A stretch of DNA of 64,000 nt from Anaerolineae bacterium (GTDB lineage Bacteria > Chloroflexota > Anaerolineae > B4-G1 > DUEL01), in the NCBI GenBank assembly GCA_041082215.1, contig JBDOIF010000058.1, positions 1,406 to 65,405 on the forward strand, written 5' to 3'. This document shows positions 17,846 through 27,323 of this stretch, in pieces (position 1 is the first letter of the stretch; each line of letters starts with the position of its first letter). A model generated the notes under the pieces. The model did no database searches. It was not told the DNA's origin and worked only from the letters and a program-made list of their open reading frames with translations. The position numbers and the translations under genes are program-made.

Positions 17846-19877
17846 GGGGAAACCAGCGTCGGGCCGGATCATCCCTTTCTGTCTCAGCATCGGACTGGGG
17901 GTGGCTATGCTACTCCTGAGCCTGACCCTGAGCCTGACCCTGCCGGGTGCGACTGACGCCTCCGGGCCGGGGGGAAAAGGGGAGGTCGTTGCCGGCCTGG
18001 CTTCCGACGCTCTGGAATGCCTGGCTGTGGGCGGTAACCTTGGAGCTGTGGATGGGGGTGTTGTTCACCTGAACTGGTCAGGCCAGGCTGAGCGGGCGCG
18101 ATTGATATTGAGCGTCTCCGGGGCGGATGCCTCTCACACAATCCGGGTGAACGGACAGCCGGTGGCTTCGTCTCCCATTCATCCCCAGGGGCAGCCATGT
18201 CGCGATGGCGAGGTCTTTTACATCGCGATTCCGCCCCAAGTCCTGGTGCAGGGAGAGAATCTCATCGAAATCACCAACGATGCTATGGCCAGCGATGAGT
18301 GGACCGCGTCCCGGGTTCGGCTGGAGGTGCTGGGCCACTTCGTGGTCTTTCCGACCGGTGGGGCCGTCGTCGGCGCCGACGTGGCCGCGACCGACGTGAG
18401 TTCGTTCACGATCACATTTATCAACCCTTACGATGGAACGGACCAGGAGGCCAGGGTGGTGCTTCCCGACGGTTACAGTGGCGATCCAGCGCCGCTGGTG
18501 GTCTATGTCCACGGTCGTACTTCCGATATGTACGAAGGTGAGAATACCCTTGGTGAAGCCACAAGGAGCAGGGGCTGGCTGCTGGCCTCACCGCAGTTGC
18601 ACGGCCGCTGGCCCTACCCTCCCGACCCGCCGGGAAAGTACGCTTACGCCTCGCTGGAGAGCCAGTACGACATCATCGGCACGGTGAACTATATGCTCGA
18701 TCACTATAACGTGATTACAGACCAGATCTACCTGGTGGGCTATTCGATGGGGGGGCAGATCGCGGCGGTCACGGCGGCCAAGTTCCCCCATGTCTTTGCC
18801 GCCGTCTTTGACAACAAAGGCCCCACCGATATGGCCCGCTGGTATGACGAGCAGTGGGAAAAGGAGTGGATGGAGCGGGAATGCCACATCGCCGAAGTGC
18901 CTCGGAATCCGACGCAAAATCCTTTCTGCTATCAGCGCCGTTCAGGCATCAACTTCGCCAGCAACTATATCCATATACCGATTTCCATAACCCATAGCGT
19001 GAGCGACACGCTGGTGCCCATCCATCACTCCCGCGATCTGCGCGATGCTATCAATAGCTATGGCCCGGACCGTACAGTCCTTGTTTATGAAGATAGGGTG
19101 GTGGGTCCCACATGTGATGACGGCGGTAGATACCACTGTTACGAACCTGACCCGATGGATGTACTGGGTTTTCTGGAGCAGTTCACGCTGGGCAATCATC
19201 CGACCAGTATGTACGTCGCCACCGATGAGTCAAAGTCCTATTACTGGTTGAAAATCGCCCAGACGGGTGGCGATCACTGGTCGCAGGTGCAGGTGGCCTG
19301 CTACCCCCTTACGGCTACCGTGACGGCCTGGATCTCAGATACCGCGCCGTTGACCCTGGCTTTCAATCTGGGCTCAGCAGCCCTGGCTTATGAGAGAATC
19401 TCCGATCGGTTGAGACAACCGGGGATGGGGTTCCCGGCGACGACCTATCTGATCAAGGGGGGAGGTAACAACTACCTCTATGATTACGGGTCCGGTTATC
19501 TGACCACGGCCCTCTCCACGACAGGCGACTTTGGCCTGACTATCTCTGCGGTCAGGCTCGATCTGTCGGCTCAGCCGGATATGGTGTCGGGGTGGCAGGT
19601 GGTGACCTCGACGATCAGGGCCGAGGGGAGGGACGGTCTGGGTAATCCCGTACCGGATGGCACAGCCGTTGGGTTTTCGACAACCAGGGGTATCTTCCCC
19701 AACGGCAGTACGGTTTACACCGCTACCATCACGGGAGGTCAGGCCACCGTCACCTTGACCCTGCAGCCTGGAGAGATTTTGGCGGAGATTACCGCCCGCC
19801 TGGGAAGCGTGACCGCCACCACCTCTGTGGAGGGATTCCCTTTTAAAGTTTGTCTCCCTCTCATCATTAGGGAGTGA
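17838..19877 (+). CDS. Secreted alpha/beta-hydrolase (S9/esterase-like catalytic triad) with a C-terminal bacterial Ig-like domain.
   Basis: Signal peptide or transmembrane anchor (IIPFCLSIGLGVAMLLLSLTLSLTLPGA). GYSMGG nucleophile elbow, downstream SDTLV and HHS. C-terminal Big-like beta domain (GQATVTLTLQPGEILAEITARLGSVTAT). Confidence 0.55.
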   Translation: MSEGKPASGRIIPFCLSIGLGVAMLLLSLTLSLTLPGATDASGPGGKGEVVAGLASDALECLAVGGNLGAVDGGVVHLNWSGQAERARLILSVSGADASHTIRVNGQPVASSPIHPQGQPCRDGEVFYIAIPPQVLVQGENLIEITNDAMASDEWTASRVRLEVLGHFVVFPTGGAVVGADVAATDVSSFTITFINPYDGTDQEARVVLPDGYSGDPAPLVVYVHGRTSDMYEGENTLGEATRSRGWLLASPQLHGRWPYPPDPPGKYAYASLESQYDIIGTVNYMLDHYNVITDQIYLVGYSMGGQIAAVTAAKFPHVFAAVFDNKGPTDMARWYDEQWEKEWMERECHIAEVPRNPTQNPFCYQRRSGINFASNYIHIPISITHSVSDTLVPIHHSRDLRDAINSYGPDRTVLVYEDRVVGPTCDDGGRYHCYEPDPMDVLGFLEQFTLGNHPTSMYVATDESKSYYWLKIAQTGGDHWSQVQVACYPLTATVTAWISDTAPLTLAFNLGSAALAYERISDRLRQPGMGFPATTYLIKGGGNNYLYDYGSGYLTTALSTTGDFGLTISAVRLDLSAQPDMVSGWQVVTSTIRAEGRDGLGNPVPDGTAVGFSTTRGIFPNGSTVYTATITGGQATVTLTLQPGEILAEITARLGSVTATTSVEGFPFKVCLPLIIRE

Positions 19878-19899
19878 CGGTTGCTGATAACGGAGCGAA

Positions 19900-21093
19900 A
19901 TGCTGGCAGGATATGATCTTGTCTATTTTGGGCCGGGGCCTTGGTCGGGCCTGTGGCGCAACCGGCATTACCTGATGAGCCGTTTTGCTCGTCAGAATCG
20001 GGTGTTGTATGTGGAGCCGCCGCCATATCTTCGACCCGTAGTGAGACAACTGCTGCAGGACAGGAAGCCCTGGCGGATGCTGCGGAGGCCATTTTTGAGC
20101 CAGGTACAGGACGGCCTGCATGTCTATCACAGTCCAGTTTTCGCCCCAATCAGCGGCCGCTGGCCCCTGAGTGCGATGACGCGCCTGATACGTCGGGCCC
20201 TGCTGCTTCGGACAATGCGGCGGCTGGGGATGGAGCGCCCCATCATCTGGCTCTCACGGCCGGAGATGGGGAGCCTGATCGGGCAGTTCCGGGAGCGGTT
20301 GACAATTTACCATGTGGTGGATGAGTACACCGCTTACCAGGGTGTGACGGAGGAGCTCGCCTCGCGGCTTCGCCGGCAAGAGGAGGAGCTGATCGCCCGG
20401 GCCGACCTGGTGATCGTGGTCTCGCAAATGTTATGGGAATCCAAACGACAGCGCAATCCACACACCTATCTGGTGCCAAACGGCGTGGATTTTGAGGCTT
20501 TTCAGCACGCTATGACCGGAGAGAATCCTCCACCAGAGGACCTGATCGCCATAAAGGAGCCTCGCCTGGTCTATGCCGGGCTGATCGGCTTCCGCCTGGA
20601 TCTGCCTTTGCTGATTGCGGTAGCGCGGCGGCGACCGGAGTGGTCATTTGTCCTGATCGGGCAGGTGGATGGGCGGGGGTGCGAGGATGAGCTGAAAAAG
20701 CTGCAGGGCCTGCCCAATGTCCACTTTTTGGGTATCCGGCCTGCCTCTATGGTGCCTTCCTGCCTGCTGGCCTGTCAGGTCTGTCTGTTGCCTTATCGCC
20801 GGAGTGAGGAATCCCGGCATATTGACCCGATCAAGCTCTACGAGGGGATGGCTTCGGGGAGGCCTGTGGTATCCACCCCTATTCCGGCGGTGCTGCCTTA
20901 CAGCGACCTGATCTGGATTGCTTCTGATGACAGGGCCTTTGAGGCGGCGATAGAGGGGGCCTTGGGGGAACAGGATGGAGAGAAGGCGAGAAACAGGCGG
21001 TCTGTAGCGGCTGCCAATACCTGGGAGAAGAGGGTCGAGCAGATCTCCGCGCTGATCCAGGCGCGTCTTGGCGACGGTCAACAGGTGAAGTGA
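19900..21093 (+). CDS. Glycosyltransferase family 1 (GT4-like, GT-B fold).
   Basis: C-terminal EGMASGRPVVSTP motif typical of GT1; about 397 aa. Confidence 0.7.
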   Translation: MLAGYDLVYFGPGPWSGLWRNRHYLMSRFARQNRVLYVEPPPYLRPVVRQLLQDRKPWRMLRRPFLSQVQDGLHVYHSPVFAPISGRWPLSAMTRLIRRALLLRTMRRLGMERPIIWLSRPEMGSLIGQFRERLTIYHVVDEYTAYQGVTEELASRLRRQEEELIARADLVIVVSQMLWESKRQRNPHTYLVPNGVDFEAFQHAMTGENPPPEDLIAIKEPRLVYAGLIGFRLDLPLLIAVARRRPEWSFVLIGQVDGRGCEDELKKLQGLPNVHFLGIRPASMVPSCLLACQVCLLPYRRSEESRHIDPIKLYEGMASGRPVVSTPIPAVLPYSDLIWIASDDRAFEAAIEGALGEQDGEKARNRRSVAAANTWEKRVEQISALIQARLGDGQQVK

Positions 21094-21099
21094 AATACC

Positions 21100-22341
21100 A
21101 TGGTCGGTCATCGTTATCGAGTCCTTTATGTGGAAAACGCAAACAGTGTGGGGGGGTCCATTATCAGCGTCTACCGGCTGGTCCAGGAGCTGGACCGACG
21201 GTATGAGCCTGTCATCCTGTTTCACCGGCCCAACGGTTATGCTGCCCGCTTCCATGAGCTGGGCCTTGAGGTGATCGTGCTGGAGGAGGGAGACGGGCCT
21301 TCGCTTCAGGGTGGGCGTGGCCGGTCACGCGACATAGCAGCCTGGCTGGGCCGCTACAGCTCAGGCCTGGCCCGGGCTTACCGGGGAGCGAAATTCATTT
21401 ATCTGCTTGGGAGGCAGACCCTACCGGAATCCTGGCGCATTTATCGGGTGATCAGGAGCCGGGGGATTGACCTGGTGCATCTGAACAATCGGTTGAGCAG
21501 TAACCGTAGTGGGGCTCTGGCCGCACGGCTGGCTCGCGTTCCGTGCGTATGTCACGTCCGCGACTTCGACCGACTGACCTGGTTCGACCGCTGGTTGCTG
21601 GGAAGTGTGGATTACTTCGCCTTTATGTCGCGTGCTTTGGAGCAGCAGTTAAGAGCGATAGCGCCCTCTCTTCGCGGATCAGTCGTTTACGATGGCCTGG
21701 ATTTGAGCCGATTCGTTTATTCTCGGGGAGGGGATGGGGTTCGTCGAGAATTGGGCCTGAACCGGGAGGACTTCGTGGTGGGGAATGTGGGGCGGTTGGT
21801 GCCGTGGAAAGGGCAGGAGGTCTTCTTGCGTGCGCTGGCCCGCGTCGCGCCGCAGGTGCGCAATCTCAAAGCGCTGATTGTGGGCGAGCCGGACCCGCCA
21901 ACGGAGACCGCCTATTTGAAGCATTTGCAGTCCCTGGTTCAGGAACTGGGCCTGTCGGATATTGTCCGGTTCACGGGGTTCTATTCGGATATTCCCCGCC
22001 TCATGGCTTCGCTGGATGTGGTGGTACACAGTTCCTCGTCACCGGAGCCGTTCGGCATCGTGGTGATCGAGGGCATGGCGGCGGGCAAGCCGGTGATCGC
22101 TACCGGGGCTGGGGGGGTGCTGGATATTGTCGAGGATGGGCGGAACGGGTTGTTAGTGCCGGTGGGAGACGACCAGGCGATGGCTGAGGCGATCTTGAGC
22201 CTGGCCCACAGCCCCGATCTGGCGGTTCAGTTGGGGACGAATGCATGCCAGCGTGTGAAGGCGCATTTCGCGGTGACCCGGTACGCCCAGACGGTGCAGG
22301 CCATCTATCAGGGTTTACTGCTGGGAGGGGAGTCGGCCTGA
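21100..22341 (+). CDS. Glycosyltransferase family 1 (GT4).
   Basis: GQEVFLRALA...; FGIVVIEGMAAGKPVIATGAGGVLDIVEDGRNGLLV (E-x7-E region). Confidence 0.85.
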   Translation: MVGHRYRVLYVENANSVGGSIISVYRLVQELDRRYEPVILFHRPNGYAARFHELGLEVIVLEEGDGPSLQGGRGRSRDIAAWLGRYSSGLARAYRGAKFIYLLGRQTLPESWRIYRVIRSRGIDLVHLNNRLSSNRSGALAARLARVPCVCHVRDFDRLTWFDRWLLGSVDYFAFMSRALEQQLRAIAPSLRGSVVYDGLDLSRFVYSRGGDGVRRELGLNREDFVVGNVGRLVPWKGQEVFLRALARVAPQVRNLKALIVGEPDPPTETAYLKHLQSLVQELGLSDIVRFTGFYSDIPRLMASLDVVVHSSSSPEPFGIVVIEGMAAGKPVIATGAGGVLDIVEDGRNGLLVPVGDDQAMAEAILSLAHSPDLAVQLGTNACQRVKAHFAVTRYAQTVQAIYQGLLLGGESA

Positions 22342-23465
22342 TGGTGCTGACGGATTTTCTGCTGCCAAGGCCCTATAAGCTGTATACCATTCTCAGAGCC
22401 AGGCGTCATCCAGCGCCGATAGACCGGGCTCGGGTTGAGAGGGTGTTGGCCTCTTTTGACTGTGGTCAGTTGAAAGGCTGCCGACGGCCAGCAATCGGAC
22501 CCAGCCGTTCCGCAAATTTCATTCTGGAGACGAGTGATGGTCTGAAGGTCCTGAAGCAGTATAGGCCAGATATGAGCCTTGGGGGCATCACCTATGAACA
22601 CTCGGTTCTGAAACACCTGGCCAATCATCACTTCCCTTCACCCAGGCTGATCCCGAACAGGGAAGGAGAGACCTGTGTAGAGATAGACGGCAGACATTAC
22701 GCCCTTTTTGAGTTCATCCCTGGTTTCCGCTACAGTGATTACTTTTTTCTTTCCAGGAAGATGAGGTTCTTTCTTACAGAGGCAGGCAAGACTCTCGCCC
22801 ATTACCATCAAGTTGTAGAGGGTTTGGTTCCATCCGGTAGGAAGCTGGACGGTTTTGTCCCCGATGGCTCGCGGCGGTGGCGCGATCAGAGCTGGTATCT
22901 GGATCTGTTTGCAGCATCTGAGGAGTTGTTTAGGGCGAGGGGGGCGGGATCGGAATCAAGCCGGTTTTTCCTCGATAACCTGGCGCGGCTTGAGGAATGC
23001 TATATTGATCTCAACCAGAGGCTTGCTCAAAGTTTGATCTCGCTACCCAAGTTGGTTATCCATGGAGATTATGGTCCCTATAATCTTCTTTTCAATGGGG
23101 GGGCACTGGTGGCTGTACTGGATTTCGAATGCACTCATCTCGATCTGCGGGCCATCGAGATCATTACATCTCTGGTCCGCTTTGCCAGCTCAGATGCAAG
23201 GTTTGACTATGATAAAGCCAGGGTTTTCTTCAGGGCCTATGTTTCACAGTGTCCCCTCTCGAGGGGCGAGATCGAAAGGATGCCGGATCTCTTCCGGCTG
23301 GAGAAAATCAGAGTATTGGCTTGTCTGCTGGAAGAATACTTTAGTTTAGCAGATTCACTGATGCTTCGCTACGCTCGTCAGTTGATGGGCCGGATTGATT
23401 GGATGGCAAAGAACAGCGACGAGTTGGTTCAGGTCTTGCTGGAGTGTGCGGAGACAAGAGGCTGA
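22341..23465 (+). CDS. Protein-kinase-fold phosphotransferase (APH / choline-kinase / homoserine-kinase II family).
   Basis: Brenner motif VIHGDYGPYNLLF and downstream LDFE; about 374 aa; ATG overlaps the stop of the upstream GT gene. GC content is locally lower. Confidence 0.7.
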   Translation: MVLTDFLLPRPYKLYTILRARRHPAPIDRARVERVLASFDCGQLKGCRRPAIGPSRSANFILETSDGLKVLKQYRPDMSLGGITYEHSVLKHLANHHFPSPRLIPNREGETCVEIDGRHYALFEFIPGFRYSDYFFLSRKMRFFLTEAGKTLAHYHQVVEGLVPSGRKLDGFVPDGSRRWRDQSWYLDLFAASEELFRARGAGSESSRFFLDNLARLEECYIDLNQRLAQSLISLPKLVIHGDYGPYNLLFNGGALVAVLDFECTHLDLRAIEIITSLVRFASSDARFDYDKARVFFRAYVSQCPLSRGEIERMPDLFRLEKIRVLACLLEEYFSLADSLMLRYARQLMGRIDWMAKNSDELVQVLLECAETRG

Positions 23466-23466
23466 G

Positions 23467-24567
23467 ATGACTCAGATGCCGAGAACGAACGAAGCCAGCA
23501 CAGCCTCACATCCTAAGGCTTCGGGAGGAATAGATATGAGCACAGAAGAGTTTGGGCAGTATATCCATATTTTGCTGAAGAGATGGTGGCTCTTTCTGAT
23601 CCTGTGTGGCACTACTCTGGGAGCGATCTTTTTCACCTTCTACACAGCACCGCCCCAGTACAGGGCTACAGTTCGCTTTCTCGTCAATGCCCCTCCTTCT
23701 GCGGATGTCACCCTTTATCCTGGTTTTGATCAGCCCACCCAGAACCAGCAGATCGCGGCCACACAGGCGCGCTTTATGGAGATACTGAAGAACTCCACAG
23801 TGGCCTGGGAAACGGTGAGGGCCATTGAGACCTCGATGGATGGGGATGAGTTGCTCCAGCGAACCGAGGTGGAAAAGCCGACGGACTCGGAGTTTGTCCG
23901 GGTGTCTGTGCTGGCCGACGACCCGCAGGAGGCGGCCGATCTGGCCAATGGGCTGGTGGATACGGCCAAAAAGTACTACGGCCAGATTCTGGCGCGTCCT
24001 TCGGCGCTGGCCCGGCAGTTCATTTCCCAGCAGGTGGAGGAAGCCTTTCAGGAACTCCAGGCAGCCAGGCAGGCTCTGGCTGATTTCAAGAGGGAAAATC
24101 AGATTGGGGACCTGCCAGCCGAGATTCAGTCGCAAAGGAACATCCTTTGGAATCTGGTTCTGGAGCACGATCAGGCCCTGGCCCAGAGGCAGGTGGAGCA
24201 GGCTCTGGCCTACGAGAGCCTCATCGCCCAGCGGCAGGAAGAGCTTCAGCGGCTGATCGCGCTGAGCGATGAATATGAGGAATTGAACAACGCGATCCGG
24301 AGAGCCGAGGCCTATTACGAGTTCCTGCTGGATAAAGAGACCGAGGCCAAGCTGAAAGAGAACGAGATTCTCAATGCGGGCTTTATCCAGATCGTCGAAC
24401 CGGCTCGTCCACCGACCCGGCCTGTGTCACCTCTCGATCTCAAGGTCCTCGTTATCGGTGTGATGGCAAGCCTGGTCGTCAGCACAGTGGTCGCCTTTGT
24501 GCTCGAATACAGGGAATCCCGACGGCCACGACAGGCGAAAGAGGCGGCGGCAAGCTTTATCTCCTGA
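23467..24567 (+). CDS. Polysaccharide co-polymerase / chain-length determinant (Wzz-like, PCP family, with no kinase domain).
   Basis: N-terminal transmembrane segment (WWLFLILCGTTLGAIFFTF), long coiled-coil periplasmic region, C-terminal transmembrane segment (LKVLVIGVMASLVVSTVVAFVLEY), then a basic tail. Confidence 0.7.
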   Translation: MTQMPRTNEASTASHPKASGGIDMSTEEFGQYIHILLKRWWLFLILCGTTLGAIFFTFYTAPPQYRATVRFLVNAPPSADVTLYPGFDQPTQNQQIAATQARFMEILKNSTVAWETVRAIETSMDGDELLQRTEVEKPTDSEFVRVSVLADDPQEAADLANGLVDTAKKYYGQILARPSALARQFISQQVEEAFQELQAARQALADFKRENQIGDLPAEIQSQRNILWNLVLEHDQALAQRQVEQALAYESLIAQRQEELQRLIALSDEYEELNNAIRRAEAYYEFLLDKETEAKLKENEILNAGFIQIVEPARPPTRPVSPLDLKVLVIGVMASLVVSTVVAFVLEYRESRRPRQAKEAAASFIS

Positions 24568-24645
24568 TCCGTCCATTGCGCATGTTGCCTGTGGATTGGA
24601 TGTGTGTCCCCCTGGTCGGTAGGCCGTGGAGGATAAGGGCAGGTA

Positions 24646-26121
24646 TTGATGAGAATACCGATGCTATCTGCTGGTTGGGCGCGTTTTCGCCCGTTATCTG
24701 GAGTGCGGTGGGTCCTCTATGCCCTGATCGCGGGGGCATTGGGAGGGTTGCTGGGTCGGATGCTGGCCTCCCCCTTCAGGGATTTCGTGGCTCCCTTGAT
24801 CTTTATGGGGGCCTGCATCCTCCTTGCGCTTAAACACCCGCTGGATGGGCTTCTCTTTGCGCTGATCGTGCATCCCTTCATCAATTTCTTCTATCTCAAC
24901 ATAGATCTCGGTGCAGGCATTCCCTCTATCAGCTTGTTGCGAGTGATCGTCGCCCTCACGTTCGCGCTGATCCTTGCCCGGATAGCCACAGGAAGGTATC
25001 GCTCTTCACGCCTCACTTCGGTTGAGGTGTTGATGGTTTTGGCCACGATAGGGCTGGGGCTGGCCGCAGCACGAGGTACTGCCAAGACGACGTACTTCCA
25101 GTGGCTGTTCGATAAGTTTATGGCACCTTATATGCTCTATTATGTCACAAAACATCTGACGCTCAACCGCCCGGCGGTCGAGCGAACGCTGTGGACTGTG
25201 ATGCTCATCGGTGCTTATTGTGGCATCTATGGGATTTACACCCAGACAACAGGCAACATCCTTTTTGTGGAAGGGGAACTCACAGGGCCGCTCTGGTACA
25301 ATGAGCATCTCCGGATTATGCGGGGGCTGCTGGATTCCCCCCACGTTTTCGGGCTTGTGTTCTCGCTGGCGCTTCCCATAGACTTTTACCTGCTGATCAG
25401 GGCCTCCGGGGTGGGTAAGAAGCTCCTGCTGAGCGTTATGTTGCTGGCCACTCTGGGCGGGCTCTTCTTTACCTACAAGCGCACTGCCTGGATAGCCACA
25501 ATGGCCAGCTTCCTGGTCGTCATGTTCTTTTTCCCCCGCTTCCGGCGTTTGTTCCTCGTCCTTCTCATCCTGTCCGGCGTGGTCATTGCGCTGTACTCGG
25601 ACCAGATCAGCGATAGCGCCGTGGTCTCCCAGCGGCTGGGTGAAAAAGCGAACACGCTGAACGGACGGCTTGAGCTGTGGCAAGCTGCCTGGCAGGAGTG
25701 GAAGCGAGCGCCTTATTTTGGACATGGCTTTGGGGGTTTTTTCGCCAGAACCTCTTTAAAAGCTATAGAAAGTCATTATCTGTGGCTGCTGGTAGATAGC
25801 GGCCTTGCGGGTTTCATCCCTTACGTCCTGATTTTCCTGCTTGTTTTCAGGAACAGCGTCCGGCTCTTCCGGGCCAGGGCGCCAGTGGTTTTTGTGGAAC
25901 CCGACCTGGTGGCGATCTTCTGGGGTGTGTTTGTCGCCTACCTGGTCAGTCTCTCTACAGTCGTTATGAACCACGAGCTCCCCCATACCCTGTTCTTCCT
26001 GCTGGCCGGAGCAATAGTTGGCTCACAGGAAGTAGCTCTTGCTCAGGAGGCGGGCGAACCCTCGGGGAAAGGGCGTCCCATGCGGCTGGTCCAGGCCGAC
26101 AAGAGGGAGGGTATGCGATGA
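24646..26121 (+). CDS. O-antigen ligase family (Wzy_C domain) membrane protein, WaaL/WsaB-like.
   Basis: About 11 predicted transmembrane segments; a large loop containing ESHYLWLLVDSGLAG (an H...D/E-x-G-x-x-G ligase-type motif). Confidence 0.65.
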   Translation: MMRIPMLSAGWARFRPLSGVRWVLYALIAGALGGLLGRMLASPFRDFVAPLIFMGACILLALKHPLDGLLFALIVHPFINFFYLNIDLGAGIPSISLLRVIVALTFALILARIATGRYRSSRLTSVEVLMVLATIGLGLAAARGTAKTTYFQWLFDKFMAPYMLYYVTKHLTLNRPAVERTLWTVMLIGAYCGIYGIYTQTTGNILFVEGELTGPLWYNEHLRIMRGLLDSPHVFGLVFSLALPIDFYLLIRASGVGKKLLLSVMLLATLGGLFFTYKRTAWIATMASFLVVMFFFPRFRRLFLVLLILSGVVIALYSDQISDSAVVSQRLGEKANTLNGRLELWQAAWQEWKRAPYFGHGFGGFFARTSLKAIESHYLWLLVDSGLAGFIPYVLIFLLVFRNSVRLFRARAPVVFVEPDLVAIFWGVFVAYLVSLSTVVMNHELPHTLFFLLAGAIVGSQEVALAQEAGEPSGKGRPMRLVQADKREGMR

Positions 26122-27323
26122 GAGTGGCCATTCTCGGCGACTACCCCCTTGAGCCCAATCGCATTGCCGGTGGCGTCGAGGCCGTCGTCAGTTATCTGGT
26201 CGCCGAGCTGAGGAAGTTTGAGGACCTCGAGCTTCACGTGGTGACATTTCACGAGGATGTACGACAGCGATATGTATGTCAGCAGGGAAGCAATCTCACG
26301 GTGCACTATCTGCCGCCCGCCTACCGCTTTGCCAACGTGACCTTTTTTGTTATTAACAAGTTCCGGTTGCTCCGGGAGCTGGCAGGCATTGAACCGGACC
26401 TGATCCATGCTCATATCGCGGGCACTTACGCTGAGGTAGCCCATATGACAGGGCTTCCCACCGTCTTGACCTTGCATGGCATCCGATATCGCAGCAAATG
26501 GCTACAGCAAGGGTGGCTGAACCGGCTGGTGCGACGGCCGTTGATCGCCCGCGAGGAAAGGGCCAGCGTCAGAAAGGCCCGTCATATCATCGCTATCAAT
26601 CCTTATATTCAGGAAGAATTCGGCTCCCTCATCCGGGCGACCGTCTACCCTATCGAGAATCCGGTTCCCGATAAGTTCTTCAACCTGGAGAGGCGGGAGA
26701 AAGGGGCCTGGGTCCTCTATGTAGGCCGCATTACCGGGGGCAAGGGGGTAGAGCTTTTGATCCAGGCTATGGCCTCCGTGCGAGATCGCATACCTGAAGC
26801 TCGGCTTCATCTGGCTGGTGGGGCAGGTGACGCTTCTTATCAGCGGTCTTTGCAGGAGCTGGTGAAAAGCCTGGAGCTGGACGAGAGCGTGCACTTCCTG
26901 GGCCTTCTGGATGAGGAGCGCCTGCTTGAGGCATATGAGCAATGTGCGCTGGTGGTCCTCCCCTCTTATCATGAAACGGCCCCTATGGCTATCCAGCAAG
27001 CTATGGCGGCGGGGAAACCTGTGGTGGCCACCAGGGTTGGAGGTGTGCCCCATCTGGTTGCTCATGGGAAGACAGGCTTGCTGGTTGATTATGGAGATAT
27101 AGCCGGACTAGCAGAGGCCATCATCCATATCTTGTCTGACGATGTGTCGCGAGTTCGGATGGGGGAACAAGCCCGAAGGGAGGCATTGCAACGATTCCAT
27201 GTAGCCGTTGTGGCCCGCCAGACATACGAGGTATACCAGAGAGTTTTTAAGGAACACGTCAGGGGCAAATCATGGCAGGGATTTTTGGTATTTATGACCC
27301 GAAAACGGCTCGGGAGCACCTGA
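26118..27323 (+). CDS. Glycosyltransferase family 1 (GT4).
   Basis: GGVEAVVSYLVAEL; YETAPMAIQQAMAAGKPVVATRVGGVPHLVAHGKTGLLV. Confidence 0.85.
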   Translation: MRVAILGDYPLEPNRIAGGVEAVVSYLVAELRKFEDLELHVVTFHEDVRQRYVCQQGSNLTVHYLPPAYRFANVTFFVINKFRLLRELAGIEPDLIHAHIAGTYAEVAHMTGLPTVLTLHGIRYRSKWLQQGWLNRLVRRPLIAREERASVRKARHIIAINPYIQEEFGSLIRATVYPIENPVPDKFFNLERREKGAWVLYVGRITGGKGVELLIQAMASVRDRIPEARLHLAGGAGDASYQRSLQELVKSLELDESVHFLGLLDEERLLEAYEQCALVVLPSYHETAPMAIQQAMAAGKPVVATRVGGVPHLVAHGKTGLLVDYGDIAGLAEAIIHILSDDVSRVRMGEQARREALQRFHVAVVARQTYEVYQRVFKEHVRGKSWQGFLVFMTRKRLGST

